Both the position numbers and the translations under genes were made by a program. Below are positions 37,420-50,725 of a stretch of 64,000 nt of DNA, one piece after another. The stretch is taken from contig NC_086097.1 in NCBI RefSeq assembly GCF_963921235.1, forward strand, positions 227,604,001 to 227,668,000, read 5' to 3'. The notes below the pieces were generated by a model that worked only from the letters and a program-made list of their open reading frames with translations, did no database searches and was not told where the DNA came from. Position 1 is the first letter of the stretch; each line of letters begins with the position of its first letter. This DNA is from Mobula hypostoma. Its lineage: Eukaryota.

Positions 37420-39000
37420 ACACGGCTGTGTGCCTAGTCCCTGCTCTACCTGTTTTACCCTTATGACTATGTGGCTAAGCACAGCTCCAATGCCATATTC
37501 AAATTTGTTGATGATATCCCTGTTGCAGGCCATATCAATGGTGATGAAGAGTCAGCATATGGGAGGGAAATTGAAAATCTGGCTGAGTGGTGTCTTAACA
37601 GCAACCTCTTACTCAATGTCAGCAAGATCATGGAGCTGATTATTGACTTCAGAAGAAGGAAACCAAGGTGCATGAACCAGTCCTCATCAGAGGATCGGCA
37701 GTGGAAAGGGTCAGCAACTTTAAACTCCTCAATTTTATTACTTCGGAGAATCTGTCCTGGGCCCAGAACGCAAGTGCAATTACGAAAGAAGTGCAGCAGC
37801 GCCTTCACTTCCTTAGAAGTTTGCAAAGCTTCGCTATGTCATCTAAAGCTTTGACAAATTTCTATTGATGTGTGGTGGAGAGTATATTGAGTGGTTGCAT
37901 CACAGTCAGGTATAGGAAAACCAATGCCCTTGAATGGAAAATCCTATAAAAAGCAGTGGATATGGCCCAGTCCATCATGGTAAGGTGAACCCCTCCCCTC
38001 CTTTGAGCACATCTACATGAAACGCTGTTGCAAGAAAGCAGCATCCATCATCAGCATCCCCACCCCGCCACCCAAGGCGGGCTCCCTTTCACTGCTGCCA
38101 TCTAGACGCATGTACAGGACACACAACACCCGGTTCAGGGATAGTTACTACCCCTCAACTGTCAGGCTCTTGAACTAAAGGGAATAACTTCACTCAACTT
38201 CACTTGCCCCATCATTGAAATGTCCCACAACAACTGGACTCACTTTCAAGCACTCATCTCATGTTCTTGATATTTATTGCTTATTTGTTATTATTACTTC
38301 TTTCTGGTATTTGCGCAGTTTATTGTCTTTTGCACACTGTTTGAATGCCCAAGTTGGTGCAGTCTTTCATAGTTTCTGTTATGGTTATTATTCTACGGGT
38401 TTATTGAGTATGCCCACAAGAAAATGAATCTCAGGGTTGTGTACGGTGACGTTTATGGATGAGCAGAAACTGAAGAGAGTTCAAAGGAGGTACAGAAACA
38501 TGATTCCAGGATTGAAAGGCTTGTCATATAAAGAGCATTTGATGGCTCCTGGCCTGCATCCACTAGAATTCAGAATAGTGAGGGGTGAACTCATTGAAAC
38601 CTATCAAATGATGAAAGGCCTTGACAGAGTGGATGTGGAGAGGATGCTTCCTATGGAGGGAGAGTCCAAGACCAGGGGACACAGTCTCAGAATAGAGGAG
38701 TGCCCTTTTAGAATGGAGATGAGGAGAAATTTCTTTAGCTAGAAAGTGGTGAATCAATAGAATCCTTTGCCATAAACAGCTGTGGATGCCAAGTCTTCAT
38801 GCCAAAGGTTGTTAGATTCTTGATTGGTCAAGACATGAAGGGGTATGAGGCTGAGAGGAAAATTGGATCAACCATGATGAAATGGTGGAGCAGACTTGAT
38901 TAGCCAAATGGCCTAATTCTGCTTCTATATCTTATTATGCTCTTATTATTATATGACATATATACGTACTTAGATAATAAGGTTATTTTGAACTTTGAAA
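37420..39000 (+). mobile_element. Rex1/Babar LINE RT-to-3' fragment
   Basis: AKHSSNAIFKFVDD..GDEESAYGREIENLAEWC..LLLNVSKIMELIIDFRR; tail resumes near 38950 after a CR1 insertion. Confidence 0.87.
38455..38945 (+). mobile_element. CR1 3' fragment nested in the Rex1 tail
   Basis: LKRVQRRYRNMIPGLKGLSY..TRGHSLRI. Confidence 0.85.
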
Positions 39001-39577
39001 TATAGTCATGGAAGATGATGCCCCATTGAAGTGGAACTCATATTATAAAATCAGAGGAATTTTAGTATAAAGTACACAGCTCCAGAAAGCTACAGTTTAA
39101 TACCATGCAGTAACAACAGGCATCTTCAGTATACCAGTACACACTCAGTGTAGTTAGAAAATTTCAAATTTATGGGGAAATTCATTTGGCTCTACTTCCC
39201 CTTTAAGACGCTATCAACATTCAGCTGGGGATACAATCTCAAGGCAGATATGCCTGACACAACCAGGCAGAAAGGCAGACAGATGAGAGAGAAAAACCAG
39301 GCAGCAGATCCCATGGGCACAAAGCTACATTAGTGACAAGCCTAGGAGAGGATACATTGAGTAGTTTATTACAGTCTACCTCTGCAAAGAGATGCATAGG
39401 GATTTCTGTTCCACTACTTATAATAAAATCTTTATTGAAGAATTAATTGTCTTACATCTTCATTTTAAGCTAATCCTTCAGGGACTGGAAACTGGCAGAC
39501 ATTATAACCTGCTTGATCTGCTTCTGCATGTAGCTACTTTTGCCTGCGACTGTTGCGACTTGCTAAGTTTTCTGCAG

Positions 39578-39779
39578 GTATTGTCAATGTTTGCATTTAA
39601 AACAATATAATGGTGGTAATTTTCCAATCGGTTCCACATTAGCCCGTATAGGAAGTGTGCCAGCCGGTACAGAAACAACGGTCAATTTGACAACTCCTCC
39701 GCAGTGCCGAGCTGCCAGTAAACACACTAAAGGAATCAAGGAATCTTTGCACTACATAATTGGGTGGGAAGACTATTAA
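39578..39779 (+). CDS. Probable last coding exon of the unidentified host gene (W-YCQCLHLKQYNGGNFPIGSTLARIG...HYIIGWEDY*)
   Basis: Branch-like gctaag and acceptor ttttctgcag; the first G completes TG|G (Trp) from the previous exon; open to TAA at 39777-39779. Confidence 0.7.
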
Positions 39780-39879
39780 CGGGTCAAAGGGGATGACATG
39801 ATTAGTGTCTCAGCTTTGCTGTAGTGGCTTGTAATAACATTCTAAAAATGCTAAGATGCCCTAAAGGGTATAATTTTGT

Positions 39880-40140
39880 TTTTTTTTTAATTCATTTAAT
39901 TTCATTTCAATTTGGTTTCATTTAAAGATATGCATGGTAGCAGGTTCTTCCAGCCCAATGAGTTCACTTCCACCCAATTACACCCATGTGACCTATTAAC
40001 CCGTAATGTGGGAGGAAACCAGAGCATCCAGAGGAAACCCATGTGGTCATGGGGAGAACAGACAAACTCCTTACAGGCAGCAGTTGGAAATGAGCCCAGG
40101 TCGATAGTGCTGTACATCATTACCCTAACTGCTGCGCCAT
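39880..40140 (-). mobile_element. V-domain (HE1-like) SINE
   Basis: GGGTTTCCTCTGGATGCTCTGGTTTCCTCCCAC on the - strand with an A-rich tail. Confidence 0.75.
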
Positions 40141-42477
40141 TCAAATATCTTCCATGGAGAAAGGCAGGAGGTGTGAATCATGGGCAGAGCAACATGCCAC
40201 AGACTGTGGTTTCGGTTAACGCTGAATGGGTGTTGCACCTTCTCTTAACCAGAATTTCCTGCCAGGAGCAGAGAAGGGTCTGGGGTGTGGGGTGCAGTGT
40301 CAGAATGGCCAGTGGTCACAGGCCTGACTTGGCCAGTGAACTGGAGGTCTATGTGGAGATTGTGTTGTATGGGAGGAGTAAAACAGCTGATTCCAAGCTT
40401 GTTCCATAAGTAGTGAGGTCAAGCCGTGGCAGAGGACTCTACTGTGCTACCAATGAATCATGAGTTTAGAAGTTTGTGGGATTGGACCTGCTGAGAAATT
40501 GGAGTGTCAAGGACATCAGTATCCATGGTATTGGCAGGGGAGGGGATGCAGAGCAAAGCAACGGATGGCAAGGAAAGTTAGCAGGAGCCAGGTTCAAGTG
40601 CAAGGTTATTGTCATAGGCATAAATGCACAGGGTACAAGAGCCATGAATGCCATGTCTGTTGGTGTTCCATGAAGACCTAGTTGCTCTGGAATAGGACCA
40701 GAGTTGGTCCTTGAGCAAAATAATCCAGTTATTTTGTCATGCCCCAAAGAGAACATTGCACGAGGATAACATCATCTTGTACACAATGAACTCACACCCA
40801 GACAAGATGCGACAAACTTTCAATGACTGGAAATGACCTAGATGTAGCCTTCATCATGGTTCACTTTGGAAAGAGAAAGTCCATAGTTGAAAAGAAAGTT
40901 GAAGCAATTGAACATTTAGGCATAGTCAAGGATTCACCAGGAAAAGTTTAGCATCACTGGGTGCAGTGAGGAGATCATGCTAAAATACAAACATGTGGTG
41001 TGGGCAGCTACTATGCATATTCAAACAACTGATAGAAATTTTTTGTACCATTGGGCCAGACTACAGAAGGACTAGGTCACCAGGTGATGGTCCATGAACT
41101 TCCACCCGCAAACACCTCAATTTTCAGCTGAGAATATGGATTGGAATGACTAATGTTCACCACATTTTCAACATACCAACCACAGAGACCAGAACTGATA
41201 GCAAAGCATGACTAAATGCAGCACTGCACTCTAAAGCATTTCTAAGCTGTCAAGAAAGTATATCTATGTGGTGTCACACAGGATTTTTACCTTTATTTTA
41301 TTCTTCATACTTTTAGTCGGGATTTATTTCTCTTGTCTTCAGTAGGTCAGTTTCTATCCTACTTTTCCTCTGTTGTCTTACACCTCTTGCTCCCAACACT
41401 TATTTTCAAACCACCCAACGTCCCCTTTTGACCTTTCTGCCCCAATTACGATGTACAAGGCGGAAATCCCTGTGATAATTTGTTCAACACGACCACAGCA
41501 ATGCCGAGCCCTTATACAGTTGAAGTGCTGCTAAGCTTTGCTGACCTACTTCGCCATTCAAAAAAAAATCGAAACACATAATGCAGCTGTTCATTCACAT
41601 TGTTTTAAGCAGCCAGCAAATCCAGGCTGGGAGGTTAACGTGATAATAATATATTTGAACCGAAAAAAGAATGAAAGAAAACTCTGTTATATCCCAATCT
41701 AGTTTTAACTGTGAAATTCCATAAAGTAGCAGATTTAGATAATACAAACGCCTAAACAAGGAAACTACAGCAAATTTCATCCAACTGTCATTTGCCAAAT
41801 GAGGCAAAATTAAATTCACACAAATACTTCCCTTGCGACAGTGAGCTGCTGTAAATTTTTTATGAGGACCGCCTTCTTTCCTGTGGCCGAGCTTGTTTAT
41901 TTTATTTGTCTTTTGGGTAACTCACTTACTAATTAAGTTTTTAGACAGTAAGCGAATGGGGTTTCCCGTCTGTGATGTGAAAGCTGAATTTAATGAACCC
42001 GCCAACCAATAATTATCAATATGCTGCATAAGATATTCATAGTTGGCACATAGCAGAGACAGCTCTCCATCTAGGAATATTTCATTGATCTGGTGGCATA
42101 TCAGTCAAGAGAATGCATGTTTTATTTAGCGGGACACTCAATTGATTAAGGAGGCACTGGAGTAATAAGAGGACATTAGTGAACTATTATTTACGTCTAT
42201 CTACTAAAATTGAAAAAGAAAGTTAATAAAATAATTCCACCTTCTGAGAATGAGCAACCTTAGCTGCAAAGCATCCAACTGAAAGAAATGCTTAAAACCA
42301 ATTTTAGTGGTATTAGCATTCAAAGTCAGCCACATTTAAACAGTCAATATGAAGTCTGTAGGTTGAGTGAATACTGAAGAAACAAAAGTTTACAGAGCAT
42401 TCAAATTCCATTGTTGTTTCTCCCAGTCCATCTTCAGCTATGGACTGCTTATTTTCCCCTCTGACCTTTAACTTAAG

Positions 42478-44448
42478 TCAATCCTGAGGACTGGGAGAAA
42501 TTCAGAGTTCAGCAGAGGAGGACAAAGGGCTTAATTAGGAAGGGGAAAAAAGATTATGAGAGAACACTGGCAGGGAACATAAAAACGGACTGTAAAAGCT
42601 TTTATAGATATGTAAAAACGAAAAGACTGCTAAAGACAAATGTAGGTCCCCTGCAGACAGAAACAGGTGAATTGATTATGGGGAGCAAGGACATGGCAGA
42701 CCAATTGAATAATTACTTTGGTTCTGTCTTCACTAAGGAGGACATAAATAATCTTCCAGAAATAGTAAGGGACAGAGGGTCCAGTGAGATGGAGGAACTG
42801 AGTGAAATACATGTTAGTAGGGAAGTGGTGTTAGGTAAATTGAAGGGATTGAAGGCAGATAAATCCCCAGGGCCAGATGGTCTGCATCCCAGAGTGCTTA
42901 AGGAAGTAGCCCAAGAAATAGTGGATGCATTAGTGATAATTTTTCAAAACTCGTTAGATTCTGGGCTAGTTCCTGAGGATTGGAGGGTGGCTAATGTAAC
43001 CCCACTTTTTAAAAAAGGAGGGAGAGAGAAACCGGGGAATTATAGACCGGTTAGCCTAACTTCGGTGGTGGGGAAACTGCTGGAGTCAGTTATCAAGGAT
43101 GTGATAACAGCACATTTGGAAAGCGGTGAAATGATCGGACAAAGTCAGCATGGATTTGTGGAAGGAAAATCATGACTGACAAATCTCATAGAATTTTTTG
43201 AGGATGTAACTAGTAGAGTGGATAGGGGAGAACCAGTGGATGTGGTATATTTGGATTTTCAAAAGGCTTTTGACAAGGTCCCACACAGGAGATTAGTGTG
43301 CAAACTTAAAGCACACGGTATTGGGGGTAAGATATTGGTGTGGGTGGAGAATTGGTTAGCAGACAGGAAGCAGAGAGTGGGAATAAACGGGACCTTTTCA
43401 GAATGGCAGGCGGTGACTAGTGGGGTACCGCAAGGCTCAGTGCTGGGACCCCAGTTGTTTACAATATATATTAATGACTTGGATGAGGGAATTAAATGCA
43501 GCATCTCCAATTTTGCGGATGACACGAAGCTGGGTGGCAGTGTTAGCAGTGAGGAGGATGCTAAGAGGATGCAGGGTGACTTGGATAGGTTGGGTGAGTG
43601 GGCAAATTCATGGCAGATGCAATTTAATGTAGATAAATGTGAAGTTATCCACTTTGGTGGCAAAAATAGGAAAACAGATTATTATCTGAATGGTGGCCGA
43701 TTAGGAAAAGGGGAGGTGCAACGAGACCTGGGTGTCATTATACACCAGTCATTGAAAGTGGGCATGCAGGTACAGCAGGCGGTGAAAAAGGCGAATGGTA
43801 TGCTGGCATTTATAGCGAGAGGATTCGAGTACAGGAGCAGGGAGGTACTACTGCAGTTGTACAAGGCCTTGGTGAGACCACACCTGGAGTATTGTGTGCA
43901 GTTTTGGTCCCCTAATCTGAGGAAAGACATCTTTGCCATAGAGGGAGTACAAAGAAGGTTCACCAGATTGATTCCTGGGATGGCAGGACTTTCATATGAA
44001 GAAAGACTGGATGAACTGGGCTTGTACTCGTTGGAATTTAGAAGATTGAGGGGGGATCTGATTGAAACGTATAAGATCCTAAAGGGATTGGACAGGCTAG
44101 ATGCAGGAAGATTGTTCCCGATGTTGGGGAAGTCCAGAACGAGGGGCCACCGTTTGAGGATAGAGGGGAAGCCTTTTAGGACCGATATTAGGAAAAACTT
44201 CTTCACACACAGAGTGGTGAATCTGTGGAATTCTCTGCCACAGGAAACTGTTGAGGCCAGTTCATTGGCTATATTTAAGAGGGAGTTAGATATGGCCCTT
44301 GTGGCTACGGGGGTCAGGGGGTATGGAAGGAAGGTAGGGGCAGGGTTCTGAGTTGGATGATCAGCCATGATCATAATAAATGGCGGTGCAGGCTCGAAGG
44401 GCCGAATGGCCTACTCCTGCACCTATTTTCTATGTTTCTATGTTTCTA
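42478..44448 (+). mobile_element. Young 5'-truncated CR1 LINE; ORF2 open except for one nonsense codon
   Basis: One frame from 42480 to 44351 with a single TGA at 43173-43175 (GKS*LTNL); all RT motifs present; (TTTCTATG)n tail. Confidence 0.96.
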
Positions 44449-45334
44449 CTCCATGCTAAATTAGAAATTTGCCAAACACTTGAATTACTCAGCACTTCTT
44501 GTGGTTAAGATCAGCCTATTCTATTGATAACATTAAATATTGAATTTATCTGATTTTTAAGCCTGTCTTGTTGTTGCCTTTTTGTTTATATCACATCCAT
44601 TCCCTCATCATTTCAAAAAAGGAAGCTTAATTAATTGGCATGTAACCAGGGAGAGAGAAACAGGCTTTTGGCTATTCCTCTCAATGCCAGAGGAGTGCCC
44701 AGTGCAGAGTACTGGGAGACATTCATTGGGTTACTTGTGCCAGAAGGAAGTTAAATGTCTTGATAGGTCCTCTTATTATGATAGGGTCATTTAGTCTTTC
44801 ATTCCAGCTTTACCACTCAATTAAACCATGGCTGGTCTTTTATTTAAGTACTTCTTATTTTTTGCACTGACCCTGTATTTCTTAAGCCTATCAATCTCTG
44901 TCTTGTTTGTACTGAGTGATTGAGTCTCCAGAGCTTTCTCCAGTAGAGAAATCCAAAAGATTCACCATCCCCAGGTGAAAAAAAAATTCTTCTCATTTCG
45001 GTGCTAAATGGCCAGCCACTTACGTATAGCTAACTTGTTCATGTAAAGAAACAGACAATGGTAAAGAAAATACCCGGGCTCTATTCGTTAACTATAAACA
45101 ACTGGAGAAACCAATGTCCTGATATGTCAATAAGAATAGAAAAGTTTGGAATAATGGTGTCTAGGACATTGTAAAGCTAACCTAACCCAAATCCAAATAA
45201 TCAGCTCCCTCCATCTCTTCTGATACTCAGGTGAGAAGACATGGAGGGACCATTTTCTTGACTTTGAAAGCACCAGATTGGGGCAGCCTCCTGCACTTAC
45301 TCGATCATACTCAGTCATTACTATATTTACTGGA

Positions 45335-45585
45335 TGGCTTGGTAGTGGAGTGGTCAGTATAAAGCTATTACAATCCGAGTGATCCAGGTTCAATTCCCAC
45401 TGGAGTTTGTATGTTCTTCACATGACTGCATGGGTTTCCTTCCGGTGCTCTGGTTTCCTCCAACATTCCAAAGACCTACATGTTAGTAGGTTAATTTGTC
45501 ACATGGATGTAATTGGGTAGAGTGGGCGTGTTGGGCCAGTTACTATGCTATATCTCTAAATCAAATTTTAAAATAAAAATAAAAA
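45335..45585 (+). mobile_element. V-domain (HE1-like) tRNA SINE
   Basis: GGTTCAATTCC B box and GGGTTTCCTTCCGGTGCTCTGGTTTCCTCC V-domain. Confidence 0.78.
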
Positions 45586-45699
45586 TCACACTTAGCATCT
45601 TGTCTCTTTCTTCTAATGACATTCTATATCATCCATTTGGGAGCCAATTTTTCAATTAACTGCCACTCCCAGGATAAACAAGTTGCTTAAGAAAAAAGA

Positions 45700-45960
45700 G
45701 AAAATCTTCAGATGTTAGACATCCAAGCAACACACATACAAGATGCTGGAGGAACTCAGCAGGCCAGGCAGCATCTATGGAATAGAGTCAAGAGTTAACT
45801 TTTAGGGCTGAAACCCTTCTTTAATACTGGAGAAAAAAAGATGAAAAGTCAGAGTAAGAAGATAGGGGGAGGAGAGGAAGAAGTACAAGGTGGCAGATGA
45901 TAGGTGAAACCAGGAAAGCGGGAGGGAGTGAAGTAAAGAGCTGTGAAGTTGGTAGGTGAA
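45700..45960 (-). mobile_element. PLE terminal-repeat fragment, continuing at 49216-49310
   Basis: Colinear with 18140-18420; split by a CR1, with GTGAAAGA at both junctions. Confidence 0.72.
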
Positions 45961-48900
45961 AGAAAGGACAGGGAGGGATGCAAAAGAGGTGGGGGCGTGG
46001 CACTGTTGATCAGAGATAGTGTCACTGCTGCAGAAAAGGAGGAAGTCATGGCCGGATTGTCTAGTGAGTCTCTGTGGGTGGAAGTTAGAAACAGGAAGGG
46101 GTCAATAACTCAACTGGGTGTTTTAAATAGACCACTCAATAGTAACAGGGACATTGAAGAGCAGATAGGGAGACAGATTCTGGAAAGTTGCAATAATAAC
46201 AGGGTTGTCGTGGTGGGAGATATTAATTTCCCAAATATTGATCGGCATCTCCCAAGAGCAAAGGGTTTAGATGGGATGGAGTTTGTCAGGTGTATTCAGG
46301 AATGTTTCCTGACACAATATGTAGACAAGTCTATGAGAGAAGAGGCTGTACTTGATCTGGTATTGGGAAAAGAACCTGGTCAAGTGTCAGATCTCTCAGT
46401 GGGAGAGCATTTTGTAGATAGTGATCACAATTCTATCTCCTTTACCATAGCATTGGAGAGTGATAGGAACAAACACGTTAGGAAAGCTTTTAATTGGAGT
46501 AAGGGGAAATTTGAAACCATCAGGCAGGATCTTGGAAGCATAAATTGGGAACAGATGTTTCCAGGGAAATATATGGCAGAAATGTGGCAAATGTCCAGGG
46601 GATATTTGTGTGGCGTTCTGCATTGGAACATTCCAATGAGATAGATGGTTGGGTACAGGAACCACGGTGTACAAAGGTTGTTGAAAATCTAGTCAAGAAG
46701 AGATGAAAAGCTTACGAAAGGTTCAAAAAACTAGGTAATGATGGAGTTTTAGAAGATTATAAGGCTAGTAGGAAGGAACTTAAGAATGAAATTAGGAGAG
46801 ACAGAAGAGGCCATGAGAAGGCCTTGGTGAACAGGATTAAAGAAAACCCCAAGGCATTCTACAAGTACGTGAACAGCAATAGGATAGGACATGAGAGAAT
46901 AGGACCAATCAAGTGTGACACTGGAAAAGTGTGTATGGAACCGGAGGAGATAGCTGAGGTACTAAATGAATACTTTGCTTTAGTATTCACTATGGGAAAG
47001 GATCTTGGTGATTGAGGTTGTATAAGGCATTGGTGAGGCCGAATCTGGAGTATTGTGTTCAGCTTTGGTCCCCAAATTACAGGAAGGATATAAATAAGGT
47101 TGAAAGAGTGCAGAGAAGGTTTACAAGGATGTTGCCGGGACTTGAGAAACTCAGTTACAGAGAAAGGTTAAATAGGTTAGGACTTTATTCCCTGGAGCGT
47201 AGAAGAATGAGGGGAGATTTGATAGAGGTATATAAAATTATGATGGGTATAGATAGAGTGAATGCAAGCAGGCTTTTTCCACTGAGGCAAGGGGAGAAAA
47301 AACCAGAGGACATGGGTTAAGGGTGAGGGGGGAAAAGTTTAAAGGGAACATTAGGGGGGGCTTCTTCACACAGAGAGTGGTGGGAGTATGGAATGAGCTG
47401 CCAGACGAGGTGGTAAATGTGGGTTCTTTTTTAACATTTAAGAATAAATTGGACAGATACATGGATGGGAGGTGTATGGAGGGATATGGTCCGTGTGCAG
47501 GTCAGTGGGACTAGGCAGAAAATGGTTCGGCACAGCCAAGGAGGGCCAAAGGGCCTGTTTCTGTGCTGTAGTTTCTATGGGTTCTATGGTTCTATGATTG
47601 TAGGGATGACTTACAATGGATTGAAAAGCTTGAGCATATAGACATTAAGAAAGAGGATATGCTGGAGCTTTTGGAAAACATCAAGTTGGATAAGTATCCA
47701 AGATCGGACAAGATGTACCCCATGCTCCTGTGGAAGGCGAGGGAGGAGATTGCTGAGCTTCTGGAAATAATCTTTGCATCATCAATGGGGACGGGGGAGG
47801 TTGCAGATTTTGTTCCCTTATTCAAGAAAGGGAGCAGGGATAGCCCAGGATATTATAGACCAATGAGTCTTACTTCAGTGCCTGGTAAGTTGATGGAGAA
47901 GATCCTGAGAGGCAGGATTTGTGATCCTTGGAGAGGCAGATATGATTGGGAATAGTCAGCATGGCTTTGTCAAAGGCAGGTCATGCCTTACGAGCCTGAT
48001 TTTGAATTTTTTGAGGCTGTGACTAAACACGCTGATGAAGGTAGAGCAGTAGATGTAGCGTATATGGATTTCAGCAAGGCACTTGATAAGGTACCCCATG
48101 CAAGGCTTATTGATAAAGTAAGGAGGCATGAGATCCAAGGGGACCTTGCTTTTTGGATCCAGAATTGGCTTGTCCACAGAATGCAAAGAGTGGATGTAGA
48201 CGGGTCATAATCTGCATGGAGGTTGGTGACCAGCAGTGTGACTCAGGGATCTGTTCTGGGACCTCTTCTCTTTGTGATTTTTATAGATTGCCTAGATGAG
48301 GAAGTGGTAGGATGAGTTGGTAAATTTGCTGATGACACAAAGATTGGGGGTGTTGTGGATAGTGTGGAGGGCTGTCAGAGGTTACAGCGGGACATCGATA
48401 GGATGCAAAACTGGGCTGAGAAGTGGTAGATGGAGTTCAACACAGGTAAGTGTGAGGTGGTTCATTTTGGTAGGTCAAATATGATGGCAGAATATAGCAT
48501 TAATGGCAAGACTCTTGGTAGTGTGGAGGATCAGAGGGATCTTGGGGTCTGAGTCCATAGGACACTCAAAGCTACTGTGCAGGTTGACTCTGTGGTTAAG
48601 AAGGTATACGGTGCATTGGCCTTCATCAACCGTGGGACTGAGTTTAAGAGCCGAGAGGTAATGTTGCAGCTATATAGGAGCTTGGAGTACTGTGCTCAGT
48701 TCTGGTCACCTCACTACAGGAAGGATGTGGAAACTATAGAAAGGGTGCAGAGGAGATCTACAAGGATGTTGCCTGGATTGGGCAGCATGCCTTATGAGAA
48801 TAAGTTGAGTGAACTTGGCCTTTTCTCCTTGGAGCAACAGAGGATGAGAGGTGACTTGATAGAGGTGTATAAGATGATGAGAGGCATTGATCGTGTGGAT

Positions 48901-49215
48901 AGTCAGAGGCTTTTTCCCAGGGCTGAACTGGCTATCACGAGAGGGCACAGTTTGAAGGTGCTTGGAAACAGGTACAGAGGAGATGTCAGGGTTAAGTATT
49001 TTATGCAGAGAGTGGTGAATGTGTAAAATGGGATGACGGTGATGGTGGTGGAGGCGGACATGATAGGGTGTTTTAAGAAACTCCTGGATAGGTGCATGGA
49101 GCTTGGAAAAATAGAGGGCTATGGGTAACCCTTGGTAATTTCTAAAGTAAGTACATGTTCAGCACAACATTGTGCACCAAAGGGCCTGTATTGTGCTGTA
49201 GTTTTTCTATGTTCT
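45961..49215 (+). mobile_element. Degenerate CR1 LINE ORF2 (endonuclease + RT)
   Basis: RGGGVALLIR, DSDHNSISF, YMDFSKALDKV, KFADDTK and 3' tail; same family as 2866-6365. Confidence 0.93.
47015..47594 (+). mobile_element. Young CR1 3' fragment nested in CR1
   Basis: TSD TGATTG (47009-47014 and 47595-47600); (GGTTCTAT)n tail. Confidence 0.92.
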
Positions 49216-49769
49216 GTGAAAGAGCTAAAGGGCTGGAGAAGGGGGAATTTGATAGAAGAGGACAGAAGACCATGGAAGAAAAGGCAGGGAGAGGAAGACC
49301 AGAGGGAGATGATACCAATTAATCAGAGATTTGTGGTCAAAATCCAAACTTGCCTCTATGTTTTAGTGGTTAGCACAGTAATTATTTACTTTGAGCCTGT
49401 TCCAACCCACAAAACACCACCCACCTCCTTTTACCACCAGTTGTATTCATTGCTTCATTTAGAGATGTGAAATTTTGAACTTTATTTGCCTGCAATGGAG
49501 ATAGGATTTGTTAGATTTAGTCTTGTTCCACAGATAATTAAAGTTTATAAATGTTGAAGGAAGGCCTTCTATTATACATGAAATATTTCCACTATGTCAC
49601 ATTCATGTCACAAACTCCTGCTTGAGAAATGGTCAGCTAGAACTGTACTTCTATTTCCCCAATGAATTTTGCAGACTCATCGTTATTCTTCGTTCCTGAT
49701 TCCACTGTGGCCATCCAAAGCATCACTAAGTGATTCTGGAACATAGATTTAAGTTGTGAGAATGCAGGG

Positions 49770-50725
49770 ACATGGGTGTCAATATCACTGAAGATTTATG
49801 CTGGGCCCAACATATTGGTGCAATTATGAACAAGGAACACCAACAGCGATATTTCATTAGAAGTTTGTGGAAATCTGGTATGTCATCAAATTTCTATAGA
49901 TGTACTGTGGAAAGCATTCTAACTGGTTGCATCACTGTCTGGTATGGGGGTGGGGAAGGGGGATGACTGCACAGGATCAGAAAAAGTTACAAAAAGTTGT
50001 AAACTCAGCCAGATCCATCATGGCACTAGCCTCTCCACCACTGAGGATATCATATAAACATATAACAACTACAGCATGGAAACAGGCCATTTCGGCCCTT
50101 CTAATGCATGCCAAACTCTTACTCTCACCTAGTCCAACGGACCTGCACTCAGCCCATAACCCTCCATTCCTTTCCTGTCCATATAGTTGTCCAATTTAAC
50201 TTTAAATGACAGCATTGAACCTGCCTCAACCACTTTCGCTGGAAGCTCGTTCCTCACAGCTACCACTCTCTGAGTAAAGAAGTTCCCCCTCATGTTACCC
50301 CTAAACTTTTTCCCTTTAACTCTCAACTCATGTCCTCTTGTTTGAATCTCCCCCACTCTCAATGGAAATCTTCAAAAGACAATGCATCAAAAAAGCAGCA
50401 TCCATCATTAAGGACCCCCACATCCAAGACATGCCCTCTTCTCATTGCTACCATCATGGCGGAAGTATAGGAACCTGAAGATGTACACTCAACTTTTAGG
50501 AACAGCTTCTTCCCATCTGCCATCAGATTTCTGCACAGACAATGAACCCATGAACACCACCTCATTATTATTACTCTGCTTTTGCACTACTTATTTAATT
50601 TTGCCTTTTATTTTTGTATGTATTTCTTAGTGTCATTTATTATATACTTTATGCATTGCACTGTATTGCAGTTGCAAAACAACAAATTTCACGGCATAAG
50701 TCAGTGCTAATAAACTTGATTTTGA
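49770..50725 (+). mobile_element. Rex1/Babar 3' fragment with a nested minus-strand CR1 tail (about 50055-50365)
   Basis: GVNITEDLCWAQHI..NFYRCTVESILTGCITVWYG; nested QTRGHELRVKG..NFFTQRVV. Confidence 0.82.

Noticed and set aside
43218..44351. 377-aa RT ORF as a domesticated or retron-like gene
   Set aside because: It is an ordinary 5'-truncated CR1 with its own 3' tail, an upstream in-frame stop and near-identical paralogs.
43259..44374. Long minus-strand ORFs (134 and 230 aa)
   Set aside because: They are antisense shadows of the well-preserved CR1 ORF2.
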